Shown piece by piece: positions 28,536-39,074 of a stretch of DNA of 64,000 bases. The stretch spans positions 3 through 64,002 of the forward strand of contig JACQUW010000312.1 of the NCBI GenBank assembly GCA_016210115.1. The letters are read 5' to 3'. Position 1 is the first letter of the stretch. The number at the start of each line of letters is the position of its first letter. Under the pieces are notes generated by a model that was not told the origin of the DNA, made no database searches, and saw nothing but the letters and a program-made list of their open reading frames with translations. The DNA is from Deltaproteobacteria bacterium. Its GTDB lineage: Bacteria; Desulfobacterota; Binatia; UBA9968. Position numbers and translations under genes: made by a program.

Positions 28536-29600
28536 ATGCTCAAGAAACTTTCCTACTTATTGTCGGCTCTGGTCATTGCGCATATTACCGGAGTTGCGCC
28601 GGCGTTGGCCCAAGACGCTTACTATAAGGGCAAGACGATTCGGTTCATTATAAACTTTACTGCCGGAGGGCCAACGGACGTGTTCGGCAGGCTGATCGCC
28701 CGCTTTTTGCCGCAGCATATTCCCGGGAATCCGGCGGTTGTTGTTCAAAACATGGGTGGAGCCGGTGGGGTCATCGGAGCCAATTACGTTTATGAGATCG
28801 CGAAACCTGACGGCCTGACGGTCGGGATCTTCTCCGGTATGTACCTGCCGCAGATTCTAGGCGGCTCAGGTGTGCGCTATGATCTCAACAACATGCCCAT
28901 CATCGCGGGAGCGGCCGAGACCTCCGTCGTTTACATTCGGGCGGATGCGGGGGTGGTGCAGCCGGCGGATCTGTTAAAGCCCGCGAAGCCAATTGTCGTC
29001 GGCGGCTTTACGCGGGAGAACAACAAAGATCTGGGACTTCGGCAAGCCCTGGATCTCTTGGGGGTCTCGTACCGGTACGTGACCGGATATCCGGGAGTTG
29101 CCGAACTACGGGTCGCGATTCAGCGGGGCGAGATCAACTACACTTCAGAGAGCCTGACCGGATATACGACGGGTGGCGTTCTCCTGGTTAAGGAAGGCAC
29201 GGTCATCCCGCTCTATCAGGAAGGTTTGCTTGGCCCCGACGGGGACATCATCCGCGATCCCAGGTCAGACCTGCCTTCTTTGAAGGAGGTCTTCCGGAAG
29301 GTCAAGGGAACTGACCCGTCCGGAACCTTATGGGATGCCTTCAAAGTCTCCGGAGGCTCCCGCAGCATGTTGAGGTTCATTCCAGCGCCTCCGAAGACTC
29401 CCGCCAATGTGGTTGAAATCTTGCGAAAGGGCTTCAAGGGCACCTTTGAAAACCCGCAATTTAAGGCCGAGTCAGAACGCGTCTTGCGCTTCCAGTTGAT
29501 TCCCTTTGTCGGAGAAGACGCGGAGAAGGTCAATGCGGCGGTCTTTCGCGCGGCCACGGGCCCCGCTCGGGAGGCCTTGAAAAACCTGACGAAGGAATGA
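28536..29600 (+). CDS. tripartite tricarboxylate transporter substrate-binding protein (Bug/TctC)
   Basis: FTAGGPTDVFGR, VVVQNMGGAGG, AKPDGLT. Confidence 0.88.
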   Translation: MLKKLSYLLSALVIAHITGVAPALAQDAYYKGKTIRFIINFTAGGPTDVFGRLIARFLPQHIPGNPAVVVQNMGGAGGVIGANYVYEIAKPDGLTVGIFSGMYLPQILGGSGVRYDLNNMPIIAGAAETSVVYIRADAGVVQPADLLKPAKPIVVGGFTRENNKDLGLRQALDLLGVSYRYVTGYPGVAELRVAIQRGEINYTSESLTGYTTGGVLLVKEGTVIPLYQEGLLGPDGDIIRDPRSDLPSLKEVFRKVKGTDPSGTLWDAFKVSGGSRSMLRFIPAPPKTPANVVEILRKGFKGTFENPQFKAESERVLRFQLIPFVGEDAEKVNAAVFRAATGPAREALKNLTKE

Positions 29601-29617
29601 GCCATCAGCTCGCTCCC

Positions 29618-29647
29618 TTGACAGGATATCTCTCACTCAACTATGCT
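29618..29647 (+). promoter_or_regulatory. sigma70-type promoter
   Basis: TTGACA-18 nt-TATGCT upstream of RBS GAGGAGG. Confidence 0.55.
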
Positions 29648-29677
29648 CCAAAAAAATAATCGAGGAGGTATATAAAC

Positions 29678-30508
29678 GTGGCAACCAAAAATTACCAAAC
29701 CGTAAAGGTGGAGAAGGAAGACGGTATCGCCTGGATGATACTGAACCGCCCTGAGAAGCGAAATGCGATGAACCCGCAGCTGCACTACGACGCCCTTGAT
29801 GCGCTCAATGAGATCGCGACCGATAAGGAATCCCACGTCTTGGTACTGACGGGCGCGGGCAATAGCTGGTGCGCGGGACAGGATCTGAAAGAGTACTTCC
29901 GCGCGCTCGAGAACAATCCGGCGGAGCGTCGCAAAGCAGGCTGGGCATCTCAGGAGTGGCGCTGGCGCCTGCTATTCACCTATCCCAAGCCCACGATCGC
30001 GATGGTCAACGGCTTTTGTTTCGGCGGCGCTTTTACTCCCCTGATTGCCTGCGACTTCGCCATCGCGGCGGAAGACGCACTTTTCGGCTTGAGCGAAATC
30101 AATTGGGGCATATTCCCGGGCGGGCTCGTGAGCCGCGTTTTGGCGGATGCCCTGTCTTACCGGGATGCGATGTATTACATCATGACGGGCGACCCCTTCG
30201 ACGGAAAGAAGGCCGCGGAGATGCGCCTGATAAACTATGCAGTTCCTAAAGAAAAGCTCCGTGAGGAGACCGTAAAGCTGGCTCAGAAACTGATGGAGAA
30301 AAACCCTGCAACGTTACGCGCCGCCAAAGAGGTCTACAAACTGTGCCGCAACATGGATTACGTCCAAGCTGAGGACTACATGATGGCCAAGGGCAATGCT
30401 TTGCGCGCCGCCGACCCGGAGAAGGGGCGAGAAGAAGGCATCAAGCAGTTTATCGATGATAAGACGTATCGTCCCGGGTTGGGACCCTACAAAAGGAAAA
30501 AAGCGTAA
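29678..30508 (+). CDS. ech: p-hydroxycinnamoyl-CoA hydratase/lyase (feruloyl-CoA hydratase-lyase)
   Basis: CAGQDLKEYFR, KPTIAMVNGFCFGGAF, LSEINWGIFPG, QFIDDKTYRPGL. Confidence 0.88.
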   Translation: MATKNYQTVKVEKEDGIAWMILNRPEKRNAMNPQLHYDALDALNEIATDKESHVLVLTGAGNSWCAGQDLKEYFRALENNPAERRKAGWASQEWRWRLLFTYPKPTIAMVNGFCFGGAFTPLIACDFAIAAEDALFGLSEINWGIFPGGLVSRVLADALSYRDAMYYIMTGDPFDGKKAAEMRLINYAVPKEKLREETVKLAQKLMEKNPATLRAAKEVYKLCRNMDYVQAEDYMMAKGNALRAADPEKGREEGIKQFIDDKTYRPGLGPYKRKKA

Positions 30509-30736
30509 AGGCGTTGCTGTCAAAAATACTGTCAGGTTTCTCATTCATTCCCTATCCGGCCGCCCTGTGGAGTAACGCATCGGTCAAATGGTTGCGTTCT
30601 CGCTCGAAACGGTACTCCGCGGGGAGGTTGTTCGCCTTCTTTTACAAAGGAGCCGCTGGGCGCTGCGGTGCAGCCGGGGAGGGGATCTGTAAGTTTTCAT
30701 TGGCGTTCCGCCGACGGCAAGAAAGATAGGGGCAAG

Positions 30737-31903
30737 ATGGATTTTAATTTACCTGAAGAACTTCAGATGCTGAAGCAGACCGTTCGGCGGTTCGTGGAAA
30801 AAGAGCTCATTCCGCTCGAGCGGGAATACCGGCCCGAAGGGGAGGAGATGCCCGAGCGTCTCCTCAAACCGCTTCAAGAAAAAGCCAAAGCCATAGGCCT
30901 GTGGATGCTCGACGTTCCGCAGGAATACGGCGGCGCGGGGCTTGATCTGTTGCCCCGCTGCATTATCGCAGAAGAGCTTTTTCGCAGCGTGGCGGTTCCA
31001 TTCCGGAACAACGAGATTTTCGGGCCGGAGGTCAGGCCGGTTTTGTTCCACTGCAATGAAGAGCAAAAAAAGAAATTTCTCTTTCCCGTGCTGAAAGGAG
31101 AAATCAAATTCTGCTTTGCCCAGACGGAGCCGGACGCCGGAAGCGACCCTGCAAGCATGCGCACCCGGGCGATTCGCAACGGCGACACGTATACACTAAA
31201 CGGCACCAAGCGCTTCATCACGGGCGCCGGGGTTGCGGACTATGGCCAGGTCATGGCGGTCACCGATCCCGAAAAGCGAGCGCGAGGAGGGATCACCTGC
31301 TTCATCCTGGATATGAAAAGTCCCGGTGTGATCTTAGAGCGCCAGTGGCCGACGATGATGGGAGAAGCTCCCTGGCAGATCGTTTTTGACAACGTGAAGG
31401 TCCCGGCGGAAAACATCATTGGCAAAGAAGGTCAGGGCTTCTCTCTGGCGCAAAAATGGATCTCGGAAGGCCGCATCCGGGGTCACGGCGCCCGCTGTTT
31501 GGGCATAGCCGAGCGCGCTCTTGAACTCATGATGGACTACAGCCAAGATCGAGTGACCTTCGGGCGCCCTCTCGCCGAGCGCCAGGCTGTACAGTTCATG
31601 GTGGCGGATTCGGCGATGGAGTTGCGCGCCTGCCGCCTTATGGTGTACGAGTGCGCCTGGCGTCAGGATCAGGGTGAAGACGTGCGCGATTTGTCCTACA
31701 TGGTCAAGATCATGTGCACCGAAATGGTGAGCCGTGTGGTGGACAGGTCGATTCAAGTTCATGGAGGCGTTGGCCTTACCAAAGATCTTCCTCTTGAATG
31801 GTGGTACCGGCAGGTGAGAAGCGTCCGAATCACCGAAGGAGCGACTGAGGTTCTTCGCTGGCGGCTGGGTCAGAATCTCTTGAGAGCCCGCAAGCCACAA
31901 TGA
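30737..31903 (+). CDS. acyl-CoA dehydrogenase family protein
   Basis: AQTEPDAGSD, LNGTKRFIT, QVHGGVG, RITEGATEV. Confidence 0.92.
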   Translation: MDFNLPEELQMLKQTVRRFVEKELIPLEREYRPEGEEMPERLLKPLQEKAKAIGLWMLDVPQEYGGAGLDLLPRCIIAEELFRSVAVPFRNNEIFGPEVRPVLFHCNEEQKKKFLFPVLKGEIKFCFAQTEPDAGSDPASMRTRAIRNGDTYTLNGTKRFITGAGVADYGQVMAVTDPEKRARGGITCFILDMKSPGVILERQWPTMMGEAPWQIVFDNVKVPAENIIGKEGQGFSLAQKWISEGRIRGHGARCLGIAERALELMMDYSQDRVTFGRPLAERQAVQFMVADSAMELRACRLMVYECAWRQDQGEDVRDLSYMVKIMCTEMVSRVVDRSIQVHGGVGLTKDLPLEWWYRQVRSVRITEGATEVLRWRLGQNLLRARKPQ

Positions 31904-33105
31904 CTGACGCTCAATCAGGTTTCCTGCTATCGCCGGTTCGGGTCCTTGACCTGAGCACATCGATCGGTGCGTTTTGCGGCAAGCTGTTGCGCGACCTGGG
32001 CATGGATGTGATCAAGATCGAGCCGCCTTCCGGCGATCCGCTCCGCGCAGAGCCGCCGTTTGCGAACGCCCATCTCAATCGGGAGGGCAGCCTTCGGTTT
32101 GCATACCTGAACGCGGGCAAGCGGAGCATTACTCTGGATCTCACCCGGGCAGAGGGCAGATCTCTGTTTCTCGATCTCGTGCAGCGCTCGGACATTGTGA
32201 TTGAAAGCTACGAGCCCGGACACCTGAACGCGCTCGAACTTGGCTATGATATTCTCCGGGAGCGCCAGCCCCGCCTGATCCTCGCATCGATCTCCGGCTT
32301 CGGCCAAACCGGGCCATATGCCGGCTATCCCGTCAACGACCTCGTCGCGGGGGCCATGGGAGGCCTGCTTTATATCTGCGGCGATCCCGGTGCGACGCCC
32401 TGCATGCCGCCGGAAACTCAATCGTATTACTACGCCAGCATCTACGCGGCCTATGGGATCATGCTGGCCCTGTGGCAGCGCGAGTCGCGCGGAGTTGGGG
32501 CGCACATCGACACGTCGCTTCAGGCAAGTCTAGCGCTCCATGAGCATGTTGCGTTCACCTATTCGACTGAACGCAGGATCATCAAACGCGCGGGGAGCCA
32601 GCACCAGCATAACGCCCCGGCAAATCTTTTTCCGTGCAAGAACGGTTACATCTCTCTTTTTGTCACGCAAAATCACTGGCCGATATTTCTCAAGGTCTGG
32701 GAGGATCATCCACCGGAGTTGGACGATCCGCGTTGGAAAAGCAACGCCGAGCGCCGGGCAAACGCGGAGCGGATCAACTCCCTCGTGAGCACCTTCACTT
32801 CCCGCTACACAAAAGAGGAGCTTTCGGATCTGCTGCAGAAGAACGGCATACCGGCTTTGCCGGTCAACACCTCCTCGGATTTTCTAAAAGATAATCATGT
32901 ACGAGAGCGCGGCTTTTTCGGCTCTGTGACTCATCCTGTGATCGGCTCCTACCTACAGCCGGGAGCGCCGTATATAACGAACGGCAAGCGTCCGGCGCCG
33001 GCGGCGGCGCCGTTATTGGGACAGCATAATCAGGAGATCTATAATAGTGAGCTCGGGCTGTCCGTGGATGAGCTGGATGTGCTGGCCGCGGAGCAGATTA
33101 TCTGA
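31900..33105 (+). CDS. CaiB/BaiF family III CoA-transferase
   Basis: RVLDLS, DVIKIEPPSGD, NAGKRSITLDL, APLLGQH. Confidence 0.92.
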   Translation: MTDAQSGFLLSPVRVLDLSTSIGAFCGKLLRDLGMDVIKIEPPSGDPLRAEPPFANAHLNREGSLRFAYLNAGKRSITLDLTRAEGRSLFLDLVQRSDIVIESYEPGHLNALELGYDILRERQPRLILASISGFGQTGPYAGYPVNDLVAGAMGGLLYICGDPGATPCMPPETQSYYYASIYAAYGIMLALWQRESRGVGAHIDTSLQASLALHEHVAFTYSTERRIIKRAGSQHQHNAPANLFPCKNGYISLFVTQNHWPIFLKVWEDHPPELDDPRWKSNAERRANAERINSLVSTFTSRYTKEELSDLLQKNGIPALPVNTSSDFLKDNHVRERGFFGSVTHPVIGSYLQPGAPYITNGKRPAPAAAPLLGQHNQEIYNSELGLSVDELDVLAAEQII

Positions 33106-33126
33106 GAAGAATGACAATACAGAGTT

Positions 33127-33344
33127 TACTAAGGAGTTCATAAGTAACTTGGTATTCTCTAATTGCGCTAGAAGGAGGCTTTTTTCGTCATTCCCGCGGA
33201 AGCGGGAATCCAGGGGGAGGGCTGATTCGGACTGGATGCCCGCTTGCGCGGGCATGACGGAGAGGGGGCGCGTCGGTGCCAAGCGCGAGAGAGGCGCTCA
33301 TCGGGTGGTCTCTCCACGCCTACTTCCTTACGGACTTATTAATA
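33127..33344 (-). mobile_element. MITE-like element copy 2, between the two CoA-transferase genes
   Basis: TACTAAGGAGTTCATAAG end; internal GTCATTCCCGCGGAAGCGGGAATCCAG...CTGGATGCCCGCTTGCGCGGGCATGAC; homologous to 5290-5521. Confidence 0.7.
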
Positions 33345-33368
33345 AATCATTCGTAGGAAAGAGAGCGT

Positions 33369-34589
33369 TTGTCCGTGCCTAGTACCAATCGGATTTTAGA
33401 GGGTGTTCGGATTCTTGCGTTTACGACCGGCTATGCGGGCCCTTATGCCGGTCGTCTGCTGGCGCAGTATGGGGCGGAAGTTATCAAGATCGAGTCGTAC
33501 AAGGGCGGCCTCGATAGTTTCCGGCATTACGGCACATACAAGAGCATCGACGCCGCGCCGCGTTTTATTGAATGCAACCTCGGCGTTCGCTCGCTTACGA
33601 TCAACCTTAAACATCCGGTAGGCGTGCGGCTGATCAAGGAGTTGGCCGCCCGCTCGGATGGAATCCTGGAGAACTTCCGGCCGAAAGTTTTGGACCGGCT
33701 CGGTTTGGGCGATGAGGAGATAAGAAAAGTCAACCCGGGGATCGTCATTTTAAAACTGCCGGGGTTTGGCGGAACCGGTCCGAAGAGCTCGTATGGCACC
33801 TGGGGCTTCAACCTCACGGCCTTCTCGGGCATGACCTATCTGTGGAACCATCCCGGCCAGGAACGGCCCATAGGCAGTCAGGGTGTTTATCCTGACCACC
33901 TGGGTTTTATATTGGGACCGACGGTGATGGTTGCGGCTCTATTGCGCCGCCGATTGACCGGTGAAGGAGTGTCCATCGATTTGGCGCAAGTCGAAGCGAC
34001 CGCGTACACGCTCGGAGTGACCTATCTCGAGACGTCGGTGAACGGTCAAGATCCTCAGCCGAAAGGGAACCGGGATCCCGTGAGCGCTCCACACGGCTGC
34101 TACCGCTGCCTCGGCGAGGACCGTTGGTGCGTTATTTCGATCGGCACGGATGAGGAGTGGCGCCGGTTTTGTGGGATAATGGGCCGCGAGGAGTTGGCCG
34201 CTGATCCTCGTTTCTCTGACCGAAGGGCGCGCTGCCAACATGGAGCTGAATTGGATAAAATCGTTGAGAGCTGGACTCGATCGAAATCGCCCGAAGAGGT
34301 GCTGGAGCTTCTTCAGCCTCGGGGAATCGCCGCGGGAGTCGTCAAGAACGGCGCTGATCTTTTGCGCGATCCGCAACTGCGCCACCGCGATTATTTTGCG
34401 GCTTTTTCCGATTCTCCAATCGGCCCTTTTGAGATCCCGCGAAGTGGCTTCAAAATCGAAGGCATGACCGAAGATCCCCTGTCTTTGGCTTCCCGCCTCG
34501 GAGCCGACACCGATGACGTTCTCCGCAATGTTCTTGGATACGACGAAAAGACCATCGCGGAGTGGCGGGCGGAAGAAGTGCTGAGCTGA
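33369..34589 (+). CDS. CaiB/BaiF family III CoA-transferase
   Basis: AGPYAGRLLAQYGAEVIKIES, ENFRP, YPD, PHGCYRC. Confidence 0.92.
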   Translation: MSVPSTNRILEGVRILAFTTGYAGPYAGRLLAQYGAEVIKIESYKGGLDSFRHYGTYKSIDAAPRFIECNLGVRSLTINLKHPVGVRLIKELAARSDGILENFRPKVLDRLGLGDEEIRKVNPGIVILKLPGFGGTGPKSSYGTWGFNLTAFSGMTYLWNHPGQERPIGSQGVYPDHLGFILGPTVMVAALLRRRLTGEGVSIDLAQVEATAYTLGVTYLETSVNGQDPQPKGNRDPVSAPHGCYRCLGEDRWCVISIGTDEEWRRFCGIMGREELAADPRFSDRRARCQHGAELDKIVESWTRSKSPEEVLELLQPRGIAAGVVKNGADLLRDPQLRHRDYFAAFSDSPIGPFEIPRSGFKIEGMTEDPLSLASRLGADTDDVLRNVLGYDEKTIAEWRAEEVLS

Positions 34590-34871
34590 GGGCGTCGAAA
34601 AACTCAGACCGGGCAAACATAGTGGATTGAATTTTGTGCGATCCTCAGTCATTCCCCCGAAAGCATGTCCTGAGCCGAGTCGCTTCCTTGCCGCATCCTG
34701 TTTAACAGGGGTGCAAGATCTCGGGATTTGACCCTGACAAATCCACGGGGCATGTGTGAGCTCTTTTTCGAAAGCATCGACTGAGAATCGGTGATGCCAC
34801 CCTCGCTTTCTGTTAAAGATTGACTCTCATTCGTCGTTTCTTACTGACTCTTTAGTGACTCTAAGGAGAAA

Positions 34872-34909
34872 GGTGAGGAGCGCCGCGTTCTCTTGCGGCG
34901 TCCCTCACC
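34872..34909 (-). terminator. putative intrinsic terminator
   Basis: GGTGAGG-(AG)CGCCGC...GCGGCG-(TC)CCTCACC hairpin followed by TTTCT on the minus strand, 30 nt after the stop. Confidence 0.5.
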
Positions 34910-34938
34910 ACCGCCCTGGGTACTTGCTATAGCAGACC

Positions 34939-36288
34939 CTACTCTTTGTGGGCCTGGTGGTTTCCTCTATTCAGGAAGCCTGATACCGTAAGCACATTAT
35001 TACCGTTCACATCCGTGATAACGATTTCGGCAGAGTCGCCTCCGCCCGGCTCTCCTGCATCGGTGAGGGTGAAGTCGATTGTGGCGCCGGAGGCGCCGTT
35101 ATAGCGGCCTGTGCCGGAGCCAACGTAGGTGTCGAAGCCCGCCACCGGGGGTGCCTCGCCGATGTTCGGGTCATCACTGCAAGCGGCCGACATTAAAGCT
35201 TCGAGGTGGAATCTGTTGCCATTCCAGTTGACTTGAAGGTTATTAGGTGCGTTGTTTACATCGCAGTGCAGCTCGAAGCCGTGGGTGACCCGGCTGCCCT
35301 GAAAGACGCTGCCGCCGCCAGTCATACGGCCCTGTTCCGCCGGTGGCTGGCCGCCGAGGCCGCAGGTCTTGGGCTCGATCTCGTATGCGGTCATTACGTC
35401 CGGGAAGAGACCACCTTGAGGGGTCGTGCGCACCCACATCACTTCCGTTGGAGCAAAGGTGACCGGGTCACACTCCATGTCCTCTTGTCTTTCGTCTGCA
35501 CTGACGAACTGATCCACGAGTACCAGGGCGGGTATACTCGCCCTGAACACGTCCCCTCCTCCATCGTTTGCCATGTAGAGGTTCGGCCCACCGACAGCGA
35601 GTCCGCTGAGCGTGGCGAGGCTTGGGTCAACGGTCGTCGCATCGTGGCCGGTTGCAAGATCCCCACAGGGGGAGGGTCCCGGACAAGCTGTAGCTCTGAA
35701 CCGGCCAAGGTTTGGGTTCACGTCGTCACTGAACCAGATCTCGTCATCGGCATCAGTGTTAGGGTCGTTCTCGTTGTAGGCGAGGCCATCGATGAAACAA
35801 AAACCCAGGAACGAATTTCCCGTCGCCGGGTTAATCAATCCAAAGGGGATGGTGAACATCAGGGTTACTGAGTTGTCGTCGAAATCCCAGAAATGGATCG
35901 GCATGCCAGTTTGGTTGCAATTCTGTGCACCAATCCAGAGTCCGTTGCGCTTCGCGTCAAAGGCAAGGGCATTGGGATTCTGAGCAATGCCTGGATTGAA
36001 AATCCCACCATCCCCGCCGACATCGACGAGCGCTGCGGTTAGTGGATTGATCCTGTAGATGTTGGGATCATTGCAGCGATTGTAGTATAGTGAAGTGCCA
36101 TCGAAAGCTAGGCCAATGCTGCAAAAGTTGGCAGCGCCAGGGAATGGCAGCGGAGGCTGACCTAGTGCAGGGTTGCCTATCTGATGTATTATGTCCCCCA
36201 CAGCAGCCTCGCTAATCGGCGCATCATGGAAAACAGCGAGGACTAAGGTTAGCATAAGGGCCGTAACGATATAGCCTAGTCGTTTCAT
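34939..36288 (-). CDS. secreted beta-propeller-like protein with C-terminal post-COAP-1-like domain
   Basis: RBS AAGGAG, signal peptide MKRLGYIV..., GLAFDG-type repeats, GRMTGGGS...GNHQAH tail. Confidence 0.7.
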   Translation of the reverse strand: MKRLGYIVTALMLTLVLAVFHDAPISEAAVGDIIHQIGNPALGQPPLPFPGAANFCSIGLAFDGTSLYYNRCNDPNIYRINPLTAALVDVGGDGGIFNPGIAQNPNALAFDAKRNGLWIGAQNCNQTGMPIHFWDFDDNSVTLMFTIPFGLINPATGNSFLGFCFIDGLAYNENDPNTDADDEIWFSDDVNPNLGRFRATACPGPSPCGDLATGHDATTVDPSLATLSGLAVGGPNLYMANDGGGDVFRASIPALVLVDQFVSADERQEDMECDPVTFAPTEVMWVRTTPQGGLFPDVMTAYEIEPKTCGLGGQPPAEQGRMTGGGSVFQGSRVTHGFELHCDVNNAPNNLQVNWNGNRFHLEALMSAACSDDPNIGEAPPVAGFDTYVGSGTGRYNGASGATIDFTLTDAGEPGGGDSAEIVITDVNGNNVLTVSGFLNRGNHQAHKE

Positions 36289-36728
36289 GGTTATCTCCTT
36301 CCTCGTAGAGTTTCGAGCCCTGGTGACTACCTCGATGTTTGATAATCTCTGCATTCTGACCTCCCTTCTGTCTGGTACGGTTAACACAGGATACGCTTCT
36401 TCATGTTAGCTCCTCCTTTTTATGTATTCAGATAGGGTAAACCTTCTCCTTCCGGCCTAGTCTTCGAACACCTTGACAATCAACGGACATCACCTCCTTT
36501 CAAGCTGCAAAGCAGGCTGTCGGAATCGAGTCTGCCTCTCGCTAGAAAATTCCAATCCTGTGGTCTCGGGAACCTAGCAACTCCTCAAGTTACCGTCCAC
36601 TATATTTTTATCTTGAGTTTTAATAGAGTTTTGTCTATTGAGTTTGTCGTTGATTCTACTCTTGTATTGATCTAATAATCGGGTGGACTACGAACGGCCA
36701 GGGCCGCCTGCAACACGGGAGGACCCGT

Positions 36729-37643
36729 ATGACCTTCCATCAGCTCAGGATTTTTCTGGTTGTTGCAAAGCACCTAAACTTCAGAGCGGCTGCGGAGGAG
36801 CTTCACATCTCGCAGCCGTCGGTCTTCAAACAGGTCAGCGCCTTAGAAGAGGAATTTGGAATCGAATTTCATAGCAAGGTAGGTCGAAGCATAGAACTCA
36901 CCAAAGAAGGGCGGCTTTTTCTCAAGGACGCCGAGACGATCCTCGTCCTCTCCGAAGGGCTAAAGAAGAAGTTTAGCGGCGGAACATATCCGTCCGGTGG
37001 TACGAGCGGCCTGATAGTTGGCGGGAGCTATAATCCCTCCACGACTTTATTGCCATCGGTCCTCGCGTTTTTTGAAAGGACTCACCCGCAGGTTGAACTT
37101 ACCTTAAGAACCGACACCAAGCGTGCTGTCGAGCGCTTGCTTCTGGATGGAGAGGTGGATGTCGCGGTCGTAAATAACCCTCCCCGGTCACCGGATCTTA
37201 TTATGGAACCTGTCCGGCGGCAGAAGCTTGTGGCTTTTGCGCCTGCAGATCGTCCCTTGGCCAGGAAAAAGGAACTGACCGTCTCTGATCTCGCGACCAC
37301 GCCTCTTGTCATAAGAGGGGAAAGAGCGGGAGGGATGAGCGCGACCGAGGAGATTTTGCAGGAAATCGAAAATCACGGGGTAAAACCGAAAATCGCCATG
37401 CGCTGTGAGTCGCCGGAGGCGGTGAAGGTGGCCGTGAGAAAATACATGGGGCTTGGGCTGCTATTCGAGGGGCTTGTAACGCACGACGCGGAGAGAGGCG
37501 ATTTTAAGATTCTCAAGATAAAAGGACTGAACCTCTTCGGTCAAAGCTTTATCCTCTATCGCAAACAGAGGCCGCTCAGTCCGAATGCCCAGGCTTTTCT
37601 CAAGATTCTACGCAGGTGGCGGGATAAGCGTCATGTGATGTGA
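36729..37643 (+). CDS. LysR family transcriptional regulator
   Basis: NFRAAAEELHISQPSV...LEEEFG HTH. Confidence 0.95.
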   Translation: MTFHQLRIFLVVAKHLNFRAAAEELHISQPSVFKQVSALEEEFGIEFHSKVGRSIELTKEGRLFLKDAETILVLSEGLKKKFSGGTYPSGGTSGLIVGGSYNPSTTLLPSVLAFFERTHPQVELTLRTDTKRAVERLLLDGEVDVAVVNNPPRSPDLIMEPVRRQKLVAFAPADRPLARKKELTVSDLATTPLVIRGERAGGMSATEEILQEIENHGVKPKIAMRCESPEAVKVAVRKYMGLGLLFEGLVTHDAERGDFKILKIKGLNLFGQSFILYRKQRPLSPNAQAFLKILRRWRDKRHVM

Positions 37644-37720
37644 GAATGGGTCTTTGTGCCTTCATCCCACGGCAAGAGAATGTGCCCTGCCGATGGGCGC
37701 GCTCCATACAGCGCTTTGGC

Positions 37721-37846
37721 CTAAACCTCACCTACCTCTTGCATCGGTCGGACTCTCGGTGGAGGAAAAGGACCACCTTCAGAATCAAAATGCTGAATAA
37801 CATCCTCCACCGCCTCGCACAAATCACGGTAGACCTGGAGAGGGTC
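37721..37846 (-). pseudogene. 3' remnant of HicB-like antitoxin
   Basis: DPLQVYRDLCEAVEDVIQHFDSEGGPFPPPRVRPMQEV*; no in-frame start identified. Confidence 0.45.
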
Positions 37847-37905
37847 GTTGAACCTGCTTTTCCTGATATGGCTTGCGTCATCGCCAGACTTAAAGAGCTG
37901 GTTAG

Positions 37906-38331
37906 TTACCTATCTTCATTATCGTTGCCATCAAGCGTTTCATCGTCAAGACACGGAAGTGGACCGCCAGCCACTCGCACGGCCTCCCACACGTGATCGA
38001 GCACACACGCCAGCACGTCGGAGACACCGGCCTTGATCTCCGCTTTCGAGAACCTCGCCGGATCAAGCTGCAGAGCCACAAGGAACGCTGCTTCCTCAAA
38101 CCACTCCGACAGATGAAACGCGATCTCTCGCGCATCGCGCACGCCATGAGTCTTGCCGAGAGCCTCCTGGATCGCCTTTTGGGCCGCACGTTGACGCTGC
38201 GATAGCGCGCGTTCGGACAAGTTCGAAATCGCCTGACTAAGGACTTGGGAGGTTTTGGCACGCGCCGAGCGGCGAGCCGCTTCGAGCCGGTCCAGTTTGG
38301 CGTGGAGGCGGTCGTGTGGTTTGGTCGTCAT
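37906..38331 (-). CDS. hypothetical helical protein
   Basis: ATG 38331 (MTTKPH...); upstream part of the track ORF overlaps an SBP remnant. Confidence 0.55.
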   Translation of the reverse strand: MTTKPHDRLHAKLDRLEAARRSARAKTSQVLSQAISNLSERALSQRQRAAQKAIQEALGKTHGVRDAREIAFHLSEWFEEAAFLVALQLDPARFSKAEIKAGVSDVLACVLDHVWEAVRVAGGPLPCLDDETLDGNDNEDR

Positions 38332-38348
38332 GTGGAAAGATCGCTGCC

Positions 38349-38520
38349 CTACTTCCCGTAGAGCCTCTCCACAAAACCACTGGCTTCGATTTCTTTTAGC
38401 AGCGAGGAGTCGACGAATTCTTCCGCCTTCGCGTCTTTTGCCTTCGGAATCTCGTTGGCCAGTACTTCCAGAGTGCTTCGGATGGCTTTGACTGATGGAT
38501 AGGGGATCTCGAGAAAGGCG
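38349..38520 (-). pseudogene. 3' remnant of NitT/TauT substrate-binding protein
   Basis: IPYPSVKAIRSTLEVL...EEFVDSSLLKEIEASGFVERLYGK* matches the C-termini of intact paralogues. Confidence 0.7.
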
Positions 38521-38810
38521 ACTGACAAGAAATTGATCGAAGAGCGGCTTTTCATGAATTTCTCCTGTTGCGCGAAGGCGAACATGGGATCTCCGTGCGT
38601 CTCCAACCCGGCTGACAAGAACCCAAGTGGGAAAAACGCCGGATAACACCATATCGGAGTAAAGTGCTGAGCGGAAGTTACCGCTTGCCGAGACGATTGT
38701 AAAGAGCCAAAACCGCTCTTCGTTCAAATTCTCGCGAGGTGGTTGGCGGAGCGCATGGAGACTGTGGTCGTGTTCGACAGACGCCGGATCTTGATATAGT
38801 CGGCTACCGT

Positions 38811-39074
38811 TTAGGTGCGGGAGGGCGGGTCAGTCTGCGTCGATTTGCGATTATTTTTTTCGTCGAGGATGGCTCTGCCTTGCGCCGTAAGAGTCACCTC
38901 GGACTGACACGGCGTGCCTGCGACTTGGATTAAGCCATCGATCAGCGCATCTTCCCATATCGTCTGTCTCGGGCAATGGCTTCCCCAAGCCTCCATCGCC
39001 TCATCGTAAGTGCGACGACCGCTTGAAATCCAGCTAAGGAGCTCCAGCATTAAAACGCTCACCGACTCAGACAT
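38811..39074 (-). CDS. small hypothetical protein (winged-helix-like)
   Basis: RBS AGGAGG; LLSWI...YDEAMEAWGSHCPRQTIWEDA. Confidence 0.7.
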   Translation of the reverse strand: MSESVSVLMLELLSWISSGRRTYDEAMEAWGSHCPRQTIWEDALIDGLIQVAGTPCQSEVTLTAQGRAILDEKNNRKSTQTDPPSRT

